A DNA stretch of 63,714 nt, filler included, from Reclinomonas americana ATCC 50394 (Eukaryota), in the NCBI GenBank assembly GCA_048213135.1. It is 4 parts of 2 records of this genome, joined end to end, with 100 filler letters (N's around TTAATTAATTAA, not from the genome) between each part and the next. Parts side by side here need not be neighbours in the genome. Positions count along the whole stretch, not along the records: positions 26,540 to 47,548 come from PS015364.1; 3 more parts are not named here. One strand, given 5' to 3'. The position numbers and the translations under genes are program-made. The notes beneath the pieces were generated by a model that was not told the DNA's origin, did not search any database, and worked only from the letters and a program-made list of their open reading frames with translations. Below are positions 26,752 through 39,573 of the stretch, piece by piece; position 1 is the first letter of the stretch, and each line of letters begins with the position of its first letter.

Positions 26752-27511
26752 CTAGACGTGGAAGGCAAAGGGGTCGCCGACGGCGCCACTGTCGAGAGTG
26801 TCGTCGTCGTCGCCATCGTCCGTTGCCGCCGCCGCTGAGCGACGAGACGTGGGTGCCGCGTTGGACTTGGCAGAAAGGCGGCGAGTGCCAGCTGGAGTGT
26901 TGCGTTTCTTGGTGGTGCGTGGCGCTCCACCACTGGCGTTGATGGTGCTGCTGCTTCCGGCCGACTGTTGTTGTTGTCGCACATGGGGAACGGAGCGACT
27001 GCGCGGTGGCACCGCTCCGACGGTGGTGGGAGCAGCACTGCGGCTCTGGGATGCAGACGGCTGCTTCTTCTGTTGGGATGCCGTCTGTTGCGAGGTGTGG
27101 AGACGGCGACTGTGCACACTCTCCACTTCTATCTCTGCGGCAATGCCGCGTGAGTGGCGTTTGAAATTGGTCGGGTGCTTGCAAGCGAGGTCGCTCACCT
27201 GCGGGACTCGGAAGTGTCGCGGCAATTGGCGGGCGTGGAATCCCGCGTGCCGGTGGCGTGATGACGGACGCGGCAATGGCAGTGCCACCACTGCCGCCGC
27301 CGCCTCCCCCTCCCACGGCGAGCTGAAGACGGACAAGTTCCGCTCGGCGGGTGGCCAATGTCGCCTGCCCCTCGGCCTCGAGGGCAGCCACGGCGCGCTG
27401 CAGTTTGTCGTCCTCCGCATCGCGCAGTGTCTCCAGGTTTCCGCGTTTCACCCGGCGGGGGAGGGCCTGCAGCACGCCACGATGAGAACGAGTGCGATGC
27501 AGAGATATATG

Positions 27512-27550
<39 letters not shown>

Positions 27551-29817
27551 GACGTACGTCAAGCTGTTGTTGGACGGCGGCCAGTCGCGCTTTCCACTCC
27601 TCGCGCATCTCGGCGTGCTGTCGCTGGTAGTGTCGCAGCGCCTCACGTTTCTCGGCAGCCGACGTCGTGCGCAGCGTCTCTTTCTGTGCGGGGAGGTGTT
27701 ACGGCGTGTGTACCGCCATCTCTTGCTTGTTCGCTCGCTCGTCACACGTACCTCCAGCTGCAGGTGTGACAGGCGGGCTTCGGCAATGGCCAGCTCTTCG
27801 TCCAGGCGACGCTTGTGCGAGTCATTGGCGTTGACCAGTTCGGCCTCGAGGATCACGCTGCGCTGCTGGAGCAGGCGCAGTGTATCCTGCGCGCGCAGGG
27901 GAATGTGTTTAACGCTGTGGAGACTTGACGCAGCGGACGTACTGACCTTGCGTTCGGCGAGTTGCTCGGTGAGTTTCGCCACCTCGTTCTGCGCTGACAT
28001 GGCCTTGTCGTGGACCTCGACCAGCCAGTGCGTCGCCGCCTCCAAGTCGCTCTTCACGGTTGTGCACTCGGTAACAATGGTGGAGCGCTCGGTGTCCAGG
28101 TTGGCCAGCTTCTGCTCGTGCAGCGTTTGTGCCTCGGCCATTTGCTGCTGCAGCCGTTGCATCTCGTCACGAATGGCGGTGATTTCGAGGGCGGCCTGCA
28201 TCGCGGCCACATTCAGTCATTTTCGGCGCGGAGAGACGCTGCTATTGGCACGCAACTGCCTCCTGCTCCTCGTGCAACTCGGCGAGTTTGGCCCTCAACT
28301 GAGCCGCTTGCATCTGCTGCTCCTCGTCCTGCCGACGCAGCTCGCTCAGCTCCTGCAGGTGTTCCTGGCACTGCTGCGGAGCTGCCGCCTGCAGCTCAGC
28401 GGGAAGGGCGGCCAGCGACTGCAGATTGGACTCGGCGGCACTGATGCGCGACCGCAGCTGCTCCAGTCTGTGACGAATGAGGATGAGTGAGACGAGGCGA
28501 TGGAGTAATGGAGGGAGCGAAGTGCGCACCTCTCAGCTTGCTGCTCGCTCTGCTGCTGCAGGATGCGGATAGTCTCCTGCAGCTGCGCTCCGGCCTCGTC
28601 GTTTGCCGCACGATCAATGGTTTCCGTGGCGGCCTGGACACGGGTCTCACACTCCTCGCGACTGTGGCGGCACGAATCGAGGGCGGTGCGGAGCTCGGCC
28701 AGGTGCGCCTCGTGGTGTGCCACCACTGCCTCGACTTGGTCGGCCTCTCGCTGCAAGTCGGCAGTGGCGCCCGCGTACTTGTGCTGCTGCTCGCGGCTGT
28801 CCTCCAGGCACTGCTGGAGCTGCGTGTGTGCCTCCTGCCGATGCTGCAGTTGCTCACGGGCAATCGGCAGCGACGAGCCGAGCAGCTGGTCGCGCTTTGC
28901 ACGCAACACCCCTGGTTCCCTCCTGGTGTGTCAGTGATTGTTATTCATTTGCGATGCCATTGCCTCACCGTGGTGCTCTTGTGCGACGATTAGCTGGGCC
29001 TGCAAGTCGGCAAGTGTGGCGGTTTGCATCTGGCTCGCGGTCTCCAACTCGCCGGCTTTGCTCTCCACTGCGCGACAAGAGGGTGGGAAGAAGGAAGGAA
29101 GGTGGGTGGTGTGTGTGGTGAGAGACACTGCACGTACGCTGCTGATGCAGTTGCTGCTCCTGCACGTCATCGTTCTCAAGAGTGGCAATGGCCGCCTCCA
29201 GGTCTGCGAGGTCCGCCATGCGCCCGTGAATCTTGGCCGACTGCACCTCCAATTCGTTCGCCGCTGTGCGCCCCCCGTTCGCAAGTCAGTACACGAGAGG
29301 AGTCCATGCACACACACGCAAACACATGCCTTGCTGGTGCAGCTGACGACACTCGTCCATGCTCTCCTGCAGAGCCATCACTCGCCCGGCGCTGATGGCC
29401 ACTTGCAGCCTGGTACGCTCGCGTGAGGAAAACCAGATCTTCCGCGAAAGAACAACCAAACACACAACGGCCACCAACCCCTGCTGCTGGCGCGACTCGA
29501 CCACCTGCGCCGTCTGCCGCATCTCCACGCGCACCTCGGCCTCCAGCGCACGCACACGCTCCATCTGCACACGGCGTCGTTCCATGGCCTCATGCAAACG
29601 ACGCTCCTGCGCATCACACAGTCAGCGCCCCCTTGCCTGCACATGCGCACACACTCTCGCTCGTGTGACACACCGCCGACTCGGTCTCCGACACCTGTTT
29701 GCGCTGATCCCGCAGCAGCATATCTGCGCCACCAATTGTTAACCAATGATCATACCAGAATAGGCAACCACCGGCACCGTGACACACGCAACCCTTCAGC
29801 CGCGCCTGCACATCCAT
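26752..29817 (-). CDS. Long coiled-coil protein with basic S/T-P-containing tail ending GDPFAFHV*
   Basis: Multiple GT-AG exons rich in E/Q/L/A/R heptads from MDVQARLK; last exon IEVESVH...TTKKRNTPAGTRR...GDPFAFHV*. Confidence 0.75.
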
Positions 29818-29971
29818 CTTCGAACACGCTCTCTCTCCTCTCTCTCACACACACGCACACTTTCACGTCACTTCAAGTGCGCAGTGCGCGAGGCTCGCGA
29901 CACAGACAATCGTTTCTCTGTCCACAACATTCAATACAAAAAACACACGATTTTCGAGCGCGCTTGTTGCG

Positions 29972-32900
29972 ATGTTGTTGACGCCGCCACATCGGCGGCA
30001 CCATCAGCACCACCACTCTGCACTGGCTGCTGCAGCGATGCCCACAGTGCCACAACAACAACAGCAACAGCAGTCACCATCACAGGCACTCATGTGTCCT
30101 CATCATCCTTCTCACCACCTCCACCACGCTGACGGTGGCACACTGGCCTCGCATGGTTCGTCAGAGAGAGAGAGCGCGCGCGATGAGAGAGTGAGAGAGG
30201 GTGTGTGTGTGTTTCACTCGGGCGCGCGCGCGCCATCTCTCATCTCCGTCGGCGCTCTTTTGTTTTCGTTTGTATTTGCACACTCGTGTGTGTGTTCTCT
30301 CTCCTTCTGTGTTGTGTGAGCGCACATGTTGTGTGTGAGAGGAGCGATATGTGCGACGCGTTTGTGCGCGCGCCAAACCGTTGCGATAGGGAGAGAAGAA
30401 AGTAGTGCTTGAGATATGCTTCATTTCGCGTGTCTCGTCAAATCGGGGAGCTGGTATCATCGTCTATTTGTCGCGCTTCTCTCTTTGCGTTTGTGTAGTA
30501 GTTTGCCCGCTCGTGAGAAAGCGTAAGAGAGCAAGGAAGTATGTGGGGGTTGCGGCGGGGTGTGTTTGTGTTGGCGTGCGAACGGAACAAGTCCCGCATT
30601 GTTGCACTTCTCCTCTGTTTCGTCGTCCCGAATCACTCCGTCATCGTTTTGTGAGGGACAAGGCACGCGCGGGCTGTTTCCCTTTGCCTCCTCCACGGCG
30701 CGCACTTCTGTGCCGTGGCGACTTTGTCTGTCTTGTACAGGCTTTTTTTTATTCAGACAGGAGCATCAAAGCATCTTTGTGAACGCACACACGCACAACA
30801 CTCTCTCTTTTCTCTCTGTCTCTCTGTTCTCCTGTATCGTTCGTCGTTCGCCTGACGTGAATCTATGTGTACGGCGGCCGCAGCGGCAGGAGAAGGCTCA
30901 GGATCGGCAGCGTACTCGCAAGCGTATGAGGTGGGTGTCGATGGTGGGGGTGTGCGTGTGCGAGCAATCCAAACGCTCACACGTGCACGCTCAGGTTGAC
31001 AATGATGACGCCAATTCCACGCACTCCACCGGCACCTCGTTGCGTTGCTCGTTGGCGTGTGGCTGTGTGTGTGTGTGTGCGCGCGCGCGCAGGCGGACTG
31101 ACGACAGAGCACGCGCACGCAGAATATCTCGCACATTGAGTCGAATCTCGTCCGTGGAGAGCATGGATGTGTTTGTGCGTCAACGGCAGCACACGCTGGC
31201 CACGCTGATTGCGGCCTCGCACGAGCTCCAACACATCAACGACGGAGGGGAGGACGAGGAAGAAGAGGAAGACGAGGAGGGACTGGAGGAGGACGGCAGT
31301 GCGGGCGCGAGCTCACGATCGGTGGGCACGCGGTCGACGCAGTCGTCGCAGCTGCGTGAGGTGCGCTCGGCGGGCGGCCTCCACGCGTTGAACTCGTCGG
31401 GGGCCACTGCGTCGTCGTCGGTTTCGACGGGATCGTCGTCGGCCTTGGTTACACACCGGAGACCAAGCGACAGCACAATGACAGCCCGTTTTGTCGAGCG
31501 CGAAGAATCACTCGATGAGAGTGTGCACTCGAGATCGTCTGGCGAGGGCGACATGGCACTGGCGGCCACACGCTCGCTCTACACCGGCATTGGCTTCACC
31601 GAGTGCCACGAGGACGTGGAGCTCACCTGGGGCAACCGCATCGCCACCAAGCGCGACACGGGGATGAAGACGCTGTACCGATGTGCGCGCCTCACACGCG
31701 GCATTCCACTCAATCAGCCCGTGTACTTTGAGTTCCAGTACGTGCAGCAGGTGAGTGAGAGGAACGGGAATGGATTGAGTGAGTCTCAGTGAGCTTATGT
31801 TCTTCTCAATTCTGTTTTACTCATGCGGTACTCGACGCAGCACAATGACACGGGTGTGAGCATTGGCATTGGAACAATGGACCATCCGCTGCGGAAGCTG
31901 GTGGGCGCCAACAATGGCAGCTGTGGTCTGTACACGCACAGTGTCAACCCGCGCCTCGTGTGCCAGAACCACTACTCGGATTTCGGCAAGCAGTTCTCTT
32001 CTCTCATGATGCAAGGCTGCTGTCTCGGTGTGTGCGTGCTCGTACACGACAGCACGTACACTGGGTTCCGAGCTCCGCGCGAAGACCTGTTTCCACCAAG
32101 TTTCGTACTATCGGTGGTAGTGCGATGTCTCGATTGGTCGTGCTGACATGGGGTGCGCGCAGAGGGCAAGTGGCGCGTGAGATTACGATTCTTTGTCGAC
32201 GGTCGCGAGTTGTTCAGTGACGAAGACTTTGACGAGGATATTCTTGGTGCGTCTGCTGTTCCCCGCACGCTGCTGCTACCCGCTGGGGCTCACTGTCATG
32301 TGCATCCACCGCAGAGCTGATGGATACGCCGTCGGATCCGCCCATAATGTTTCCCAATTCGTTCAGCTCGGATGGCGGCGCCGCACACCTGGCCTCGCAA
32401 TCGTCTGGCTCGTCGTTCACGGGGCCGAGCTCAATTCGCGCCGACCAGCAGCTGGTCATTGGCGTTGATTCAGCGCCGCGCGACGAGCCGGGCACGTGGG
32501 GTGTGCCGGCAACGCCAAGCGCCGGCAACTCGTTTGACGACGACGGGTTGTTTGCGCAGCACGCCGTGTTCCACATTGATCCGGAGCTTGATCGCCAGTC
32601 CATGAGCATCCTCAGTGGTACACGGAACAACTCTTCCGATTCGTCCTCGAGTGGTGGCGGGAGCGCTCGGTCGCACGACGGCAGCAGCGGTGTCGGTGCG
32701 GAAGACGGCGGCAGCGATCGTTCCAGCCTCGCGGGTGACGAGACCATGTCAGCCTCGATGGCGTCGTCGTCGTTCTTGCCGTCGCCATTGTCGGGCTGCA
32801 GTAGCATTCCTCGCGACCGCTCGGCACCGTGCGCTGTGCCCACCAGTGGCTACGCCGCGCACGCGCATGCCCACAGTCACAATCACAGCCACATGGCGGC

Positions 32901-33624
32901 GGCGGCGGCGGCCGGCGGCGCTGCAGAGCCGTCGTCCACCACATCGCACTCGCTGCCGCATCAGCCGTCATTCATGCCTGCCGCCACACGGTATCGCTCG
33001 TCGGAGGCTGTCGCGGTCGCGGCCACGGCGGCCGTGGAGCCGCACGCGGCACAGCATCACGCGCACCCCAGCCACTTGCATGTGCAATTCCAGTCGGCAC
33101 CGCTGCATCACAGCCACAGTCGACCGGCCTTGCAACACATGGTGCACCATCACGCAGTGCCGCATGGCGCGCTGTCGGTGGTGGGTGGTGCTGGTGGAAC
33201 GACGAGCGGCGTTCCAGGCGGCGACCTTGCGCGTGTGCGTGGTGCCGGCCAGTTGCATTCGGTGGCCTCGGCAGTCACCCTCCGTGAGGTCGAAGGACCG
33301 CCGACGATGCCGACCGAAGACAGTTCGCCAACAAGCGCGCCACCCAGCGCGCCACCCAGCTCGCAACCGGAGGAGCTAGCCATGCCTGTGCCGGAGAATG
33401 GCTACGTGGGTGCCGACGCGAGCGATGCGCCGTCGTCGGCCAGTGGACTCTCTTCGCCACCGGAGGCCATGTTGGCGCGCTCTCGACAGCCTCCACCGCC
33501 GCTGACCTCGGCACTGCGTTCCTCCGCCATTGTACCAACTCGGCCGAGGTTACCGACGCGGTATGCGGACGAGTTCCGCTGGGTCGAGTACGACGTTGAC
33601 GAGAACACGGTGCTGTACCCGATG
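29972..33624 (+). CDS. SPRY-domain protein with long low-complexity regions (3' end in gap)
   Basis: His/Gln-rich N-terminus; SPRY-like VYFEF, VSIGIGT, LVGANNGSCGLY, LGVCV, LRFFVDG, and finally VLYPM. Confidence 0.7.
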
Positions 33625-33683
33625 GTACGTGCGACATGATCATTTTTTCGCAGTGTTATTACTNNNNNNNNNNNNNNNNNNNN

Positions 33684-36600
33684 CGCGCCCACTGGTGGCG
33701 TCGCTTGCCGCCGTCGTGCAGCGTGTCAGTGCCGATGCCGATGCCGGTGCGCCGCTGTCGGCGGGTTCCGCGGAGACCGCCATGGCCGCGCTGTTGTCTC
33801 TCGCTTCGACTCTGCTCTATGATCATGCCACAGAGGTCGAAGCTGCTCCGTTGAGTGTGCTGCTGGCCGCCTGTCGGCGGGTTCTCGAAGCGTCGCGTCT
33901 GGCAGCGGGCGACCGCACCACGCGTGTGCGCGTGGTACAGCAGGCCTTCAATTGCGCAGCATCGTGTGTGCATCGCAACGCTGCACGTCTGCCCGACGAC
34001 GAGCTGGCCGCTCTTCTGCCGCTGCTGGTCGGTAGCTTCGAGGGCGTGGCCACCATTACGCTCTCCGATCCAGCGGCACTGCGTGTGCCCTTTCTGAAGG
34101 CCACACGCGGTGCCTTGCGTGCCATCCTCAACGTGTCGACCGAGTGTGCGCCCGAGCTGGTGGCCACTCATCTCGGCTCGCTCATGGGCATGCTGCAAAA
34201 GTTGATGTTTATCGGCACCCCCATTCTGCCTCTGGAGGCCGCCGCACCCGACGCTCTCACCCTGTCGGTCACGACGGTCGGTGGCGCGCCTCCAGGCTCG
34301 TCTTCATCTGGAGCCTCCACTCCCGTCGGTGCTACAGGAGGAGGACTGTCAGTTGGCAAGCACATGTCGACCGACTCGTCGCCGGCGCACAGCGAGTCGG
34401 AGGACACCCCAGACTCTCTTTCCGATCCACTGTCCGGCTCAGAAGGCACCACTGGCACCGGCAGTGCTGCTGCAAGTGGCAGTCGAGCGCCGACGCGACG
34501 AGCGAGTCGCGCCGGTGAGTGTGTGCGCCTGCGACTCAGTGCATTACAGGTATGACATGTGTATGGTGAGTAGCAGTGGGTGCAGTGACGCTCATGTCAT
34601 CTCCGCAGCTCATTGGGGGTCTTGCCCGCGCACTCGGCCGTCGCATGCACGGATTCTGGCCGTCGCTCTTTCCCGAGCGCCGTGCCTGTGCACCACGACC
34701 GCTGTGGCCCGAGCCGCATCTGCTGACGGTGGTGCTGCACGATCCATCGCCACGTGTGCGCGCGTCGGCCGCCAACACGGTGCAGCTGTTGTTGGACTCG
34801 AGTCGAGTGCTTCTCGAGCAAGCCGTGCACTCTGGGTTGCGTGCATGTCGATGCCAGTTAACTCGTGCAGCTTTTTTTTCGGGCCACTCACCGCCCCGAG
34901 CCCAACCTGTGCAGTGGACGACAGGCGTTTACTCCGCTTTTCCAGAGCATTGGCGCCATCACTCGCGAGTTGCACACGGCTTTTGTGTATGCCATTGACA
35001 AGGAGTCGCACACGCCTGCCCTGGTCAACATTTTGCGGGTGAGCTCATCCGCTGTGTTTTCGTGATATATCCTTTTACTGACCCCCACTTGCAGGCATTG
35101 ACAGTGCTCGTGCAAAACTGTCCATACGATCGTGCAGGCCCCGATTTCCTCATCACCGTGCTCGACAAGACCTTCAAGTTCCTGTTCTCTACTGGTGAGC
35201 TCCACTGGCATTGTCTTCCCCGTTCACGAAACTCACGTGAGTGCTTGTGCAGAGGTGGCCGTGCAGAGTGCATGTCTCGCGGTCCTCGGTGCTGCCATTG
35301 GGTCCAGTCCGTCGTTGTCGCTGGTGGAAGACCGCTTGATTGGCGTTGTGACACCAGTGGTCGATCAGCCGGTGAGGAGGCGACAACCATATCTCTTTCG
35401 TCTTCCTTTTTTGACTTATTGACCACCGCGACGACAGTCTTCGGCACCCGTGCCGCAAACGTCGCGCATCCTCTCCACACTGGCATCCATGGTCGACGGT
35501 CGCACTGCGGACGATGAGGAAGTGTCGCCCGAGGTGGTACTCGAGTGCTGGGCGACACTCTCCAACGCCGCTGCCAGCTATCCGCGTGCCGTGTTTCGCT
35601 TGTGGAACGATGAGCACAGTGGCCAGTCGCAGTCGTTGCTCGCCGCGTGTGAGGTAGCACTGAGACGTGCGGCCGGTGACGAAGAGGACGCGCGCTCTGT
35701 GGCCGCCCTCCGCTTGGTACAACAGTTTTGTGCGAGTGCTGCTGCGGCGGCGAGCGCCGCGGACGCAGTGGATGAGTGGCCACGGCGAGTGTGGGAGAGT
35801 GTCGTGGATCGCATCTGTGCACTTGGTTTTGCGCACGCGGCCCCCGGTGTGCGAGCGGCCACGTGCGATGCTGTGGCCTCGTTCAACAGCGCCGTGCTGA
35901 AGCTGCTGTCGCCGACTCGGCGGCACTTTATGCTCATCACCTCGTGCTTGAGCCTGCTGGCAGACACGGCGCCGGCAGTGCGTGCGGCCGCCGCTCGCCT
36001 GTTGGGCGTATTCTTGTCGGTGTCGGAGCTGGTGGAGGTGCGCGCCATTGTATGTTCTCTGCGTGTTGGAAGGACTCACACACGGTTGTGCGCGATGACG
36101 CAGGACCTCATCTTTGTGAGCGATAGCATGGAGGCCATTGAGGCGGCAGTGGGCGATTCGAACCTCAATGTTCGCGTGCGCGCATGCTGGGCGCTCGCCA
36201 ATCTCACCAATCACTTCAGCAAGAGCGCGTCGGAGTCGCCCGACGAGCAAGACGACATGGACGTCATGTTGCGCAAGGCTTTCCAGTTGTCGGTCAAGGC
36301 GCTGCGAGACAACGACAAGGTGAAGAGCAACGCCGTCCGTTCACTCGGCAACGTCGGCTACCACGCCTCGTCGCGGGTGTTGGCCGCCGTCGACACTGCT
36401 GGTCCCCACAGTTGCGCATGGCAGATCGCATCTCTTTGCTGTTTGTTTGCCTCACCATTCTGTGCAGATGTGGCCGAGGCCATTCTGTCAGAGTTGCTGG
36501 CGGTGCTGCGTGGCAGCAAGTCCGTCAAGGTGCGGTGGAATGCAGCGTCGGCGCTGCGCAAGGTGCTGAGCAACGACGCCGTGGTGTCGCACGTCTCGAC

Positions 36601-37477
36601 ACGCTCCAGCGACACGGGCGTGATTGAGGCTCCGCTGAATGCGGTGCGCGTGCTCTGCGATTCGGCATTGCAGGATGCAAACTACAAGGTGCGCATCCAC
36701 GCCACGGCAGCCTTGCGCGTGCAAGCCGCACGCCACGCGTGGCCCTGGTCGGGTGACTCGTTGCTGCACGCACTGTCGGTGGTCGACGAGACGCTGCGCA
36801 ATCCGCCACCGCCTCCTGCACGCACCACTGCGCGCTTCGCCGAGGCCAAAAACGCGCTCAAATGGCGCGCAGAGTTGTGCCTGACGCTGTCGCACCTGCT
36901 GACCATGTGCCACAATGCTGGCATGGACGAGTTGCTGTGGTCGCGCTTTGGGGACGCCGACCTCCTGTGGTCGCTGCTGGTGGCCTGCGACGAGGGCCAC
37001 AAGATCTGGCGCCAGCACGGCGGTGCGGACGACACCGACGCCGGTGACGATGATGCAGTCGGTGGCGACGATACAGCAACTACGGCGCCATCAGCAGCAG
37101 CAACAGCAGCCGCTCCTACGGCGGTATCGGCATCCGCTCCTGCTGTGGCCGGCCGTGCCACCACTGGCGGCGTGCTGGTGCAGCCGGCACTCTCCAAGGA
37201 GGACCTCGATCGTTTCATCCGCCTCTTCCAGGTTCTGTCGACTCTGGTGGCCGATCGCGCGCCTCTGCAGGCCCCCGCGGTCGCCACGACGCCGAGCTCG
37301 ACGTTGCCGCCGACCAAGTCCGTGGACGACCTGCCGGCTCGGGCTGCCGCCGCTGGCTCCTCGGCCGTGCACGCAGAGTGGGAGTTTGCGCCACACGAAG
37401 CACTCTTGCGCGAACTGCTGGCCTCGTGTCGCCCACCCGACGTCGAGTCCTTCACTCAGCATGATGTCCCTCAATGA
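33684..37477 (+). CDS. HEATR6: HEAT repeat-containing protein 6 (5' end in gap)
   Basis: LLTVVLHDPSPRVRASA, AFTP, VLVQNCPYDR, NVRVRACWALANL, DNDKVKSNAVRSLGN, KVRWNA and NYKVRIHA. Confidence 0.9.
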
Positions 37478-37545
37478 ACACAATCATCCGTCATAACAAA
37501 TGACGTCGCGTGTGGTGCGCATGGTGGTGTTGCATAGTCTGCACG

Positions 37546-37921
37546 ATGCGGAGAGTCAAGCTGCACGGTATGTGTGTGGAAGAGGGAAGATCCATTCGTG
37601 CGATCATTGTGAGTGAGTGACACATACATTTGGCAGTGTGTTTGTGCGCGATGTGTTGCCTTGTTTGCAGGCGCAACATCCGCGGTTACGGGCCGAGGTG
37701 GAGGCGCGCGACTTGTTCCAGGCTCCCATGCTCAAAGTGCAACTCGGTGAGTGAGTGGGAGAGAGAGAGAGAATGATCGCTCATTGTTATCCTGCTTATG
37801 CATGGGTGTGGCAGAGTCTGGCGAGGAGCAGGTGCACATGTTGCAGGGCAAGGAGACTCGACAAGTCGCCGATCTGGCCTACTCTCTTGTGCGAGAGGAG
37901 AAGGGAGCTGTCGAATCATGA
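37546..37921 (+). CDS. Small ~81-aa protein, L51/S25/CI-B8-like (mitoribosomal or NDUFA2-like); exons 37546-37608, 37671-37746, 37815-37921
   Basis: Two GTGAGT...CAG introns give an in-phase product MRRVKLHGMCVEEGRSIRAIIAQHPRLRAEVEARDLFQAPMLKVQLESGEEQVHMLQGKETRQVADLAYSLVREEKGAVES*. Family call by eye. Confidence 0.6.
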
Positions 37922-37979
37922 GTCCAGTGGAAGCATATAGATTGTTTTTTCTTGTTGTTTACACAGGGCCGGGGGAGGA

Positions 37980-39503
37980 TTACTTGGGATTGCCCAGTAT
38001 GCCGACGAAGCAGTGTCTGAGGATAATGTCGTGTGCGAGCCCTGTGGACGTGGGGGAAATAGGGAGTGTCAGCAGGAGTTGTCGGAGGGGAGTTAAGGGG
38101 AAGACTACTTTATCGACTTCTCTCTCTCTCGCTCTGAAGATCCTCTTGCTGTGCTGTTGCTACCTTTCGCTCCTGTTTCTCTCTCCGAAGCGCATCGAGA
38201 GAGACTCACTATCTTCTGACAAGCGGCTGCGCTGCCCAAGTGCCTCTTCGCTGTTCGTTTGCTCAATCTCCGAAGAGCACCGGTGGAGAGGGAAGCAAGA
38301 GGAGGTTGACTCTCTTCTCGCCATGCAACTCTTCTGCCTCTCAGTTCTCTCTGCCTCCTATTCTGTTGCTGTCATGCATCCCCTTTACTCTCTCCAAGAG
38401 ACAGAAGGCTGGCTGTCTTCTCGTCGTGCGACTCCTCTGCCTCTCAGTTCTCTCGTTCTTCGTTACTGTTCGTTTGCTCAATCTCCGAAGAGCACTGAGG
38501 GAAGCGACAGGAGGTTGACTCTCTTCTCGCCATGCGACTGTTCTGCCTCTCACTTCGCTCTGCCTCCTCGCTGTTGGTATTCTGCTGCAGTCATTCATCC
38601 CCTTCACTCTCTCCAAGAGACAGGTGGTTGACAGTCTTCTCGACATGCGACCCCTCTGCCTGTCAGTTCACTTACGCGTATCTGCGTCCCTCTGCTGTTC
38701 ATGTTGCTGTCATTCATCCTCTTTTTTTCACTCTCTCGGAAGAGCATCGGACAGCACGCCGACTATCTCCTCTCGCCCTCCCTTCCCCTCTCACCCCCTT
38801 CCCCTCTCTCCCTCTCTCCCTCTCCCCCCACCACGCAACATGGATGATACTTTTCAAACAGCGGCGTGCAATCGCGCCCCGCACCCATCAGCAGCTTCTG
38901 CCGACCGCCCGGATGCCGATCCAAGTACTGCGTCACATCGTACACTCGCCCGTGCACCACCGTCCAGCAATCCTCCGGCGTATTATGCTGCTTGACCTCA
39001 CTCATGGGGATCTAGCAGCCACACATGAGCGACGCCGACGAAGACCGACATAAAAACAAACACAAACCAATCTCTGCGACAACTCCGCCTCCCGATCCCG
39101 AATCCTCTGCTCATCGACCTCCCGCCTCCTCGCACGCTCGCGCTGCATACGAATCACCTCCTCCGCACTGAACCCCTTTCGCGTGCTCGCCGCATGCGCA
39201 CTGACCGTCACCACCGGCTCACGAACCACCTGCACTCGGCGGCCCACATGCAGCACCTCCTCTGCTGGCGCCACCTCCACCTCCTATACAAAGACATGAG
39301 CATCAAGCGGCGAGGAGAGAGGCACACGAGCGCGCGCGCAACTGGAACGCTCATGACAACAGCATCGGCGTGATCCTCGTCCAGACCCTCTTCCCACGAG
39401 AACTGATGACACTACAGTGAGTACGCGAAACGCAGCGATGCAACGGCATCTACGAAACACTTCGCTTTACAGAGGAAGACGATGACGACGATCCTTCGCT
39501 CAT
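37980..39503 (-). CDS. Cytochrome b5 heme-binding protein (like the CYB5R4 N-terminus / Irc21)
   Basis: SEVKQHNTPEDCWTVVHGRVYDVTQYLDRHPGG...AGRDCTPLFEKYHP|WLAHDIILRHCFVG; 4 introns. Confidence 0.88.
38251..38760. repeat. Degenerate ~215-bp tandem repeat (made of ~107-bp halves) in the 798-nt cytochrome b5 intron
   Basis: CTGTTCGTTTGCTCAATCTCCGAAGAGCAC at 38251 and 38466; GAGGTTGACTCTCTTCTCGCCATGC and CTCTCTCCAAGAGACAG also recur. Confidence 0.8.
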
Positions 39504-39531
39504 CCTTGCGATCGCGATCGTTTTTGCGCGC

Positions 39532-39546
39532 GCAATTTCGTTTCAC
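39532..39546 (+). promoter_or_regulatory. Candidate cis element GCAATTTCGTTTCAC, 27 nt upstream of the Rpn2 ATG
   Basis: Exact copy of the element upstream of the p47-like gene. Confidence 0.4.
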
Positions 39547-39573
39547 TCTTTGTGTTTTTTGTGAGAGTGAGTT

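Noticed and set aside
35060..35080. ATATCCTT as a U12 donor
   Set aside because: It lies in the middle of an ordinary GT-AG intron (35039-35094) that already restores the HEATR6 frame.
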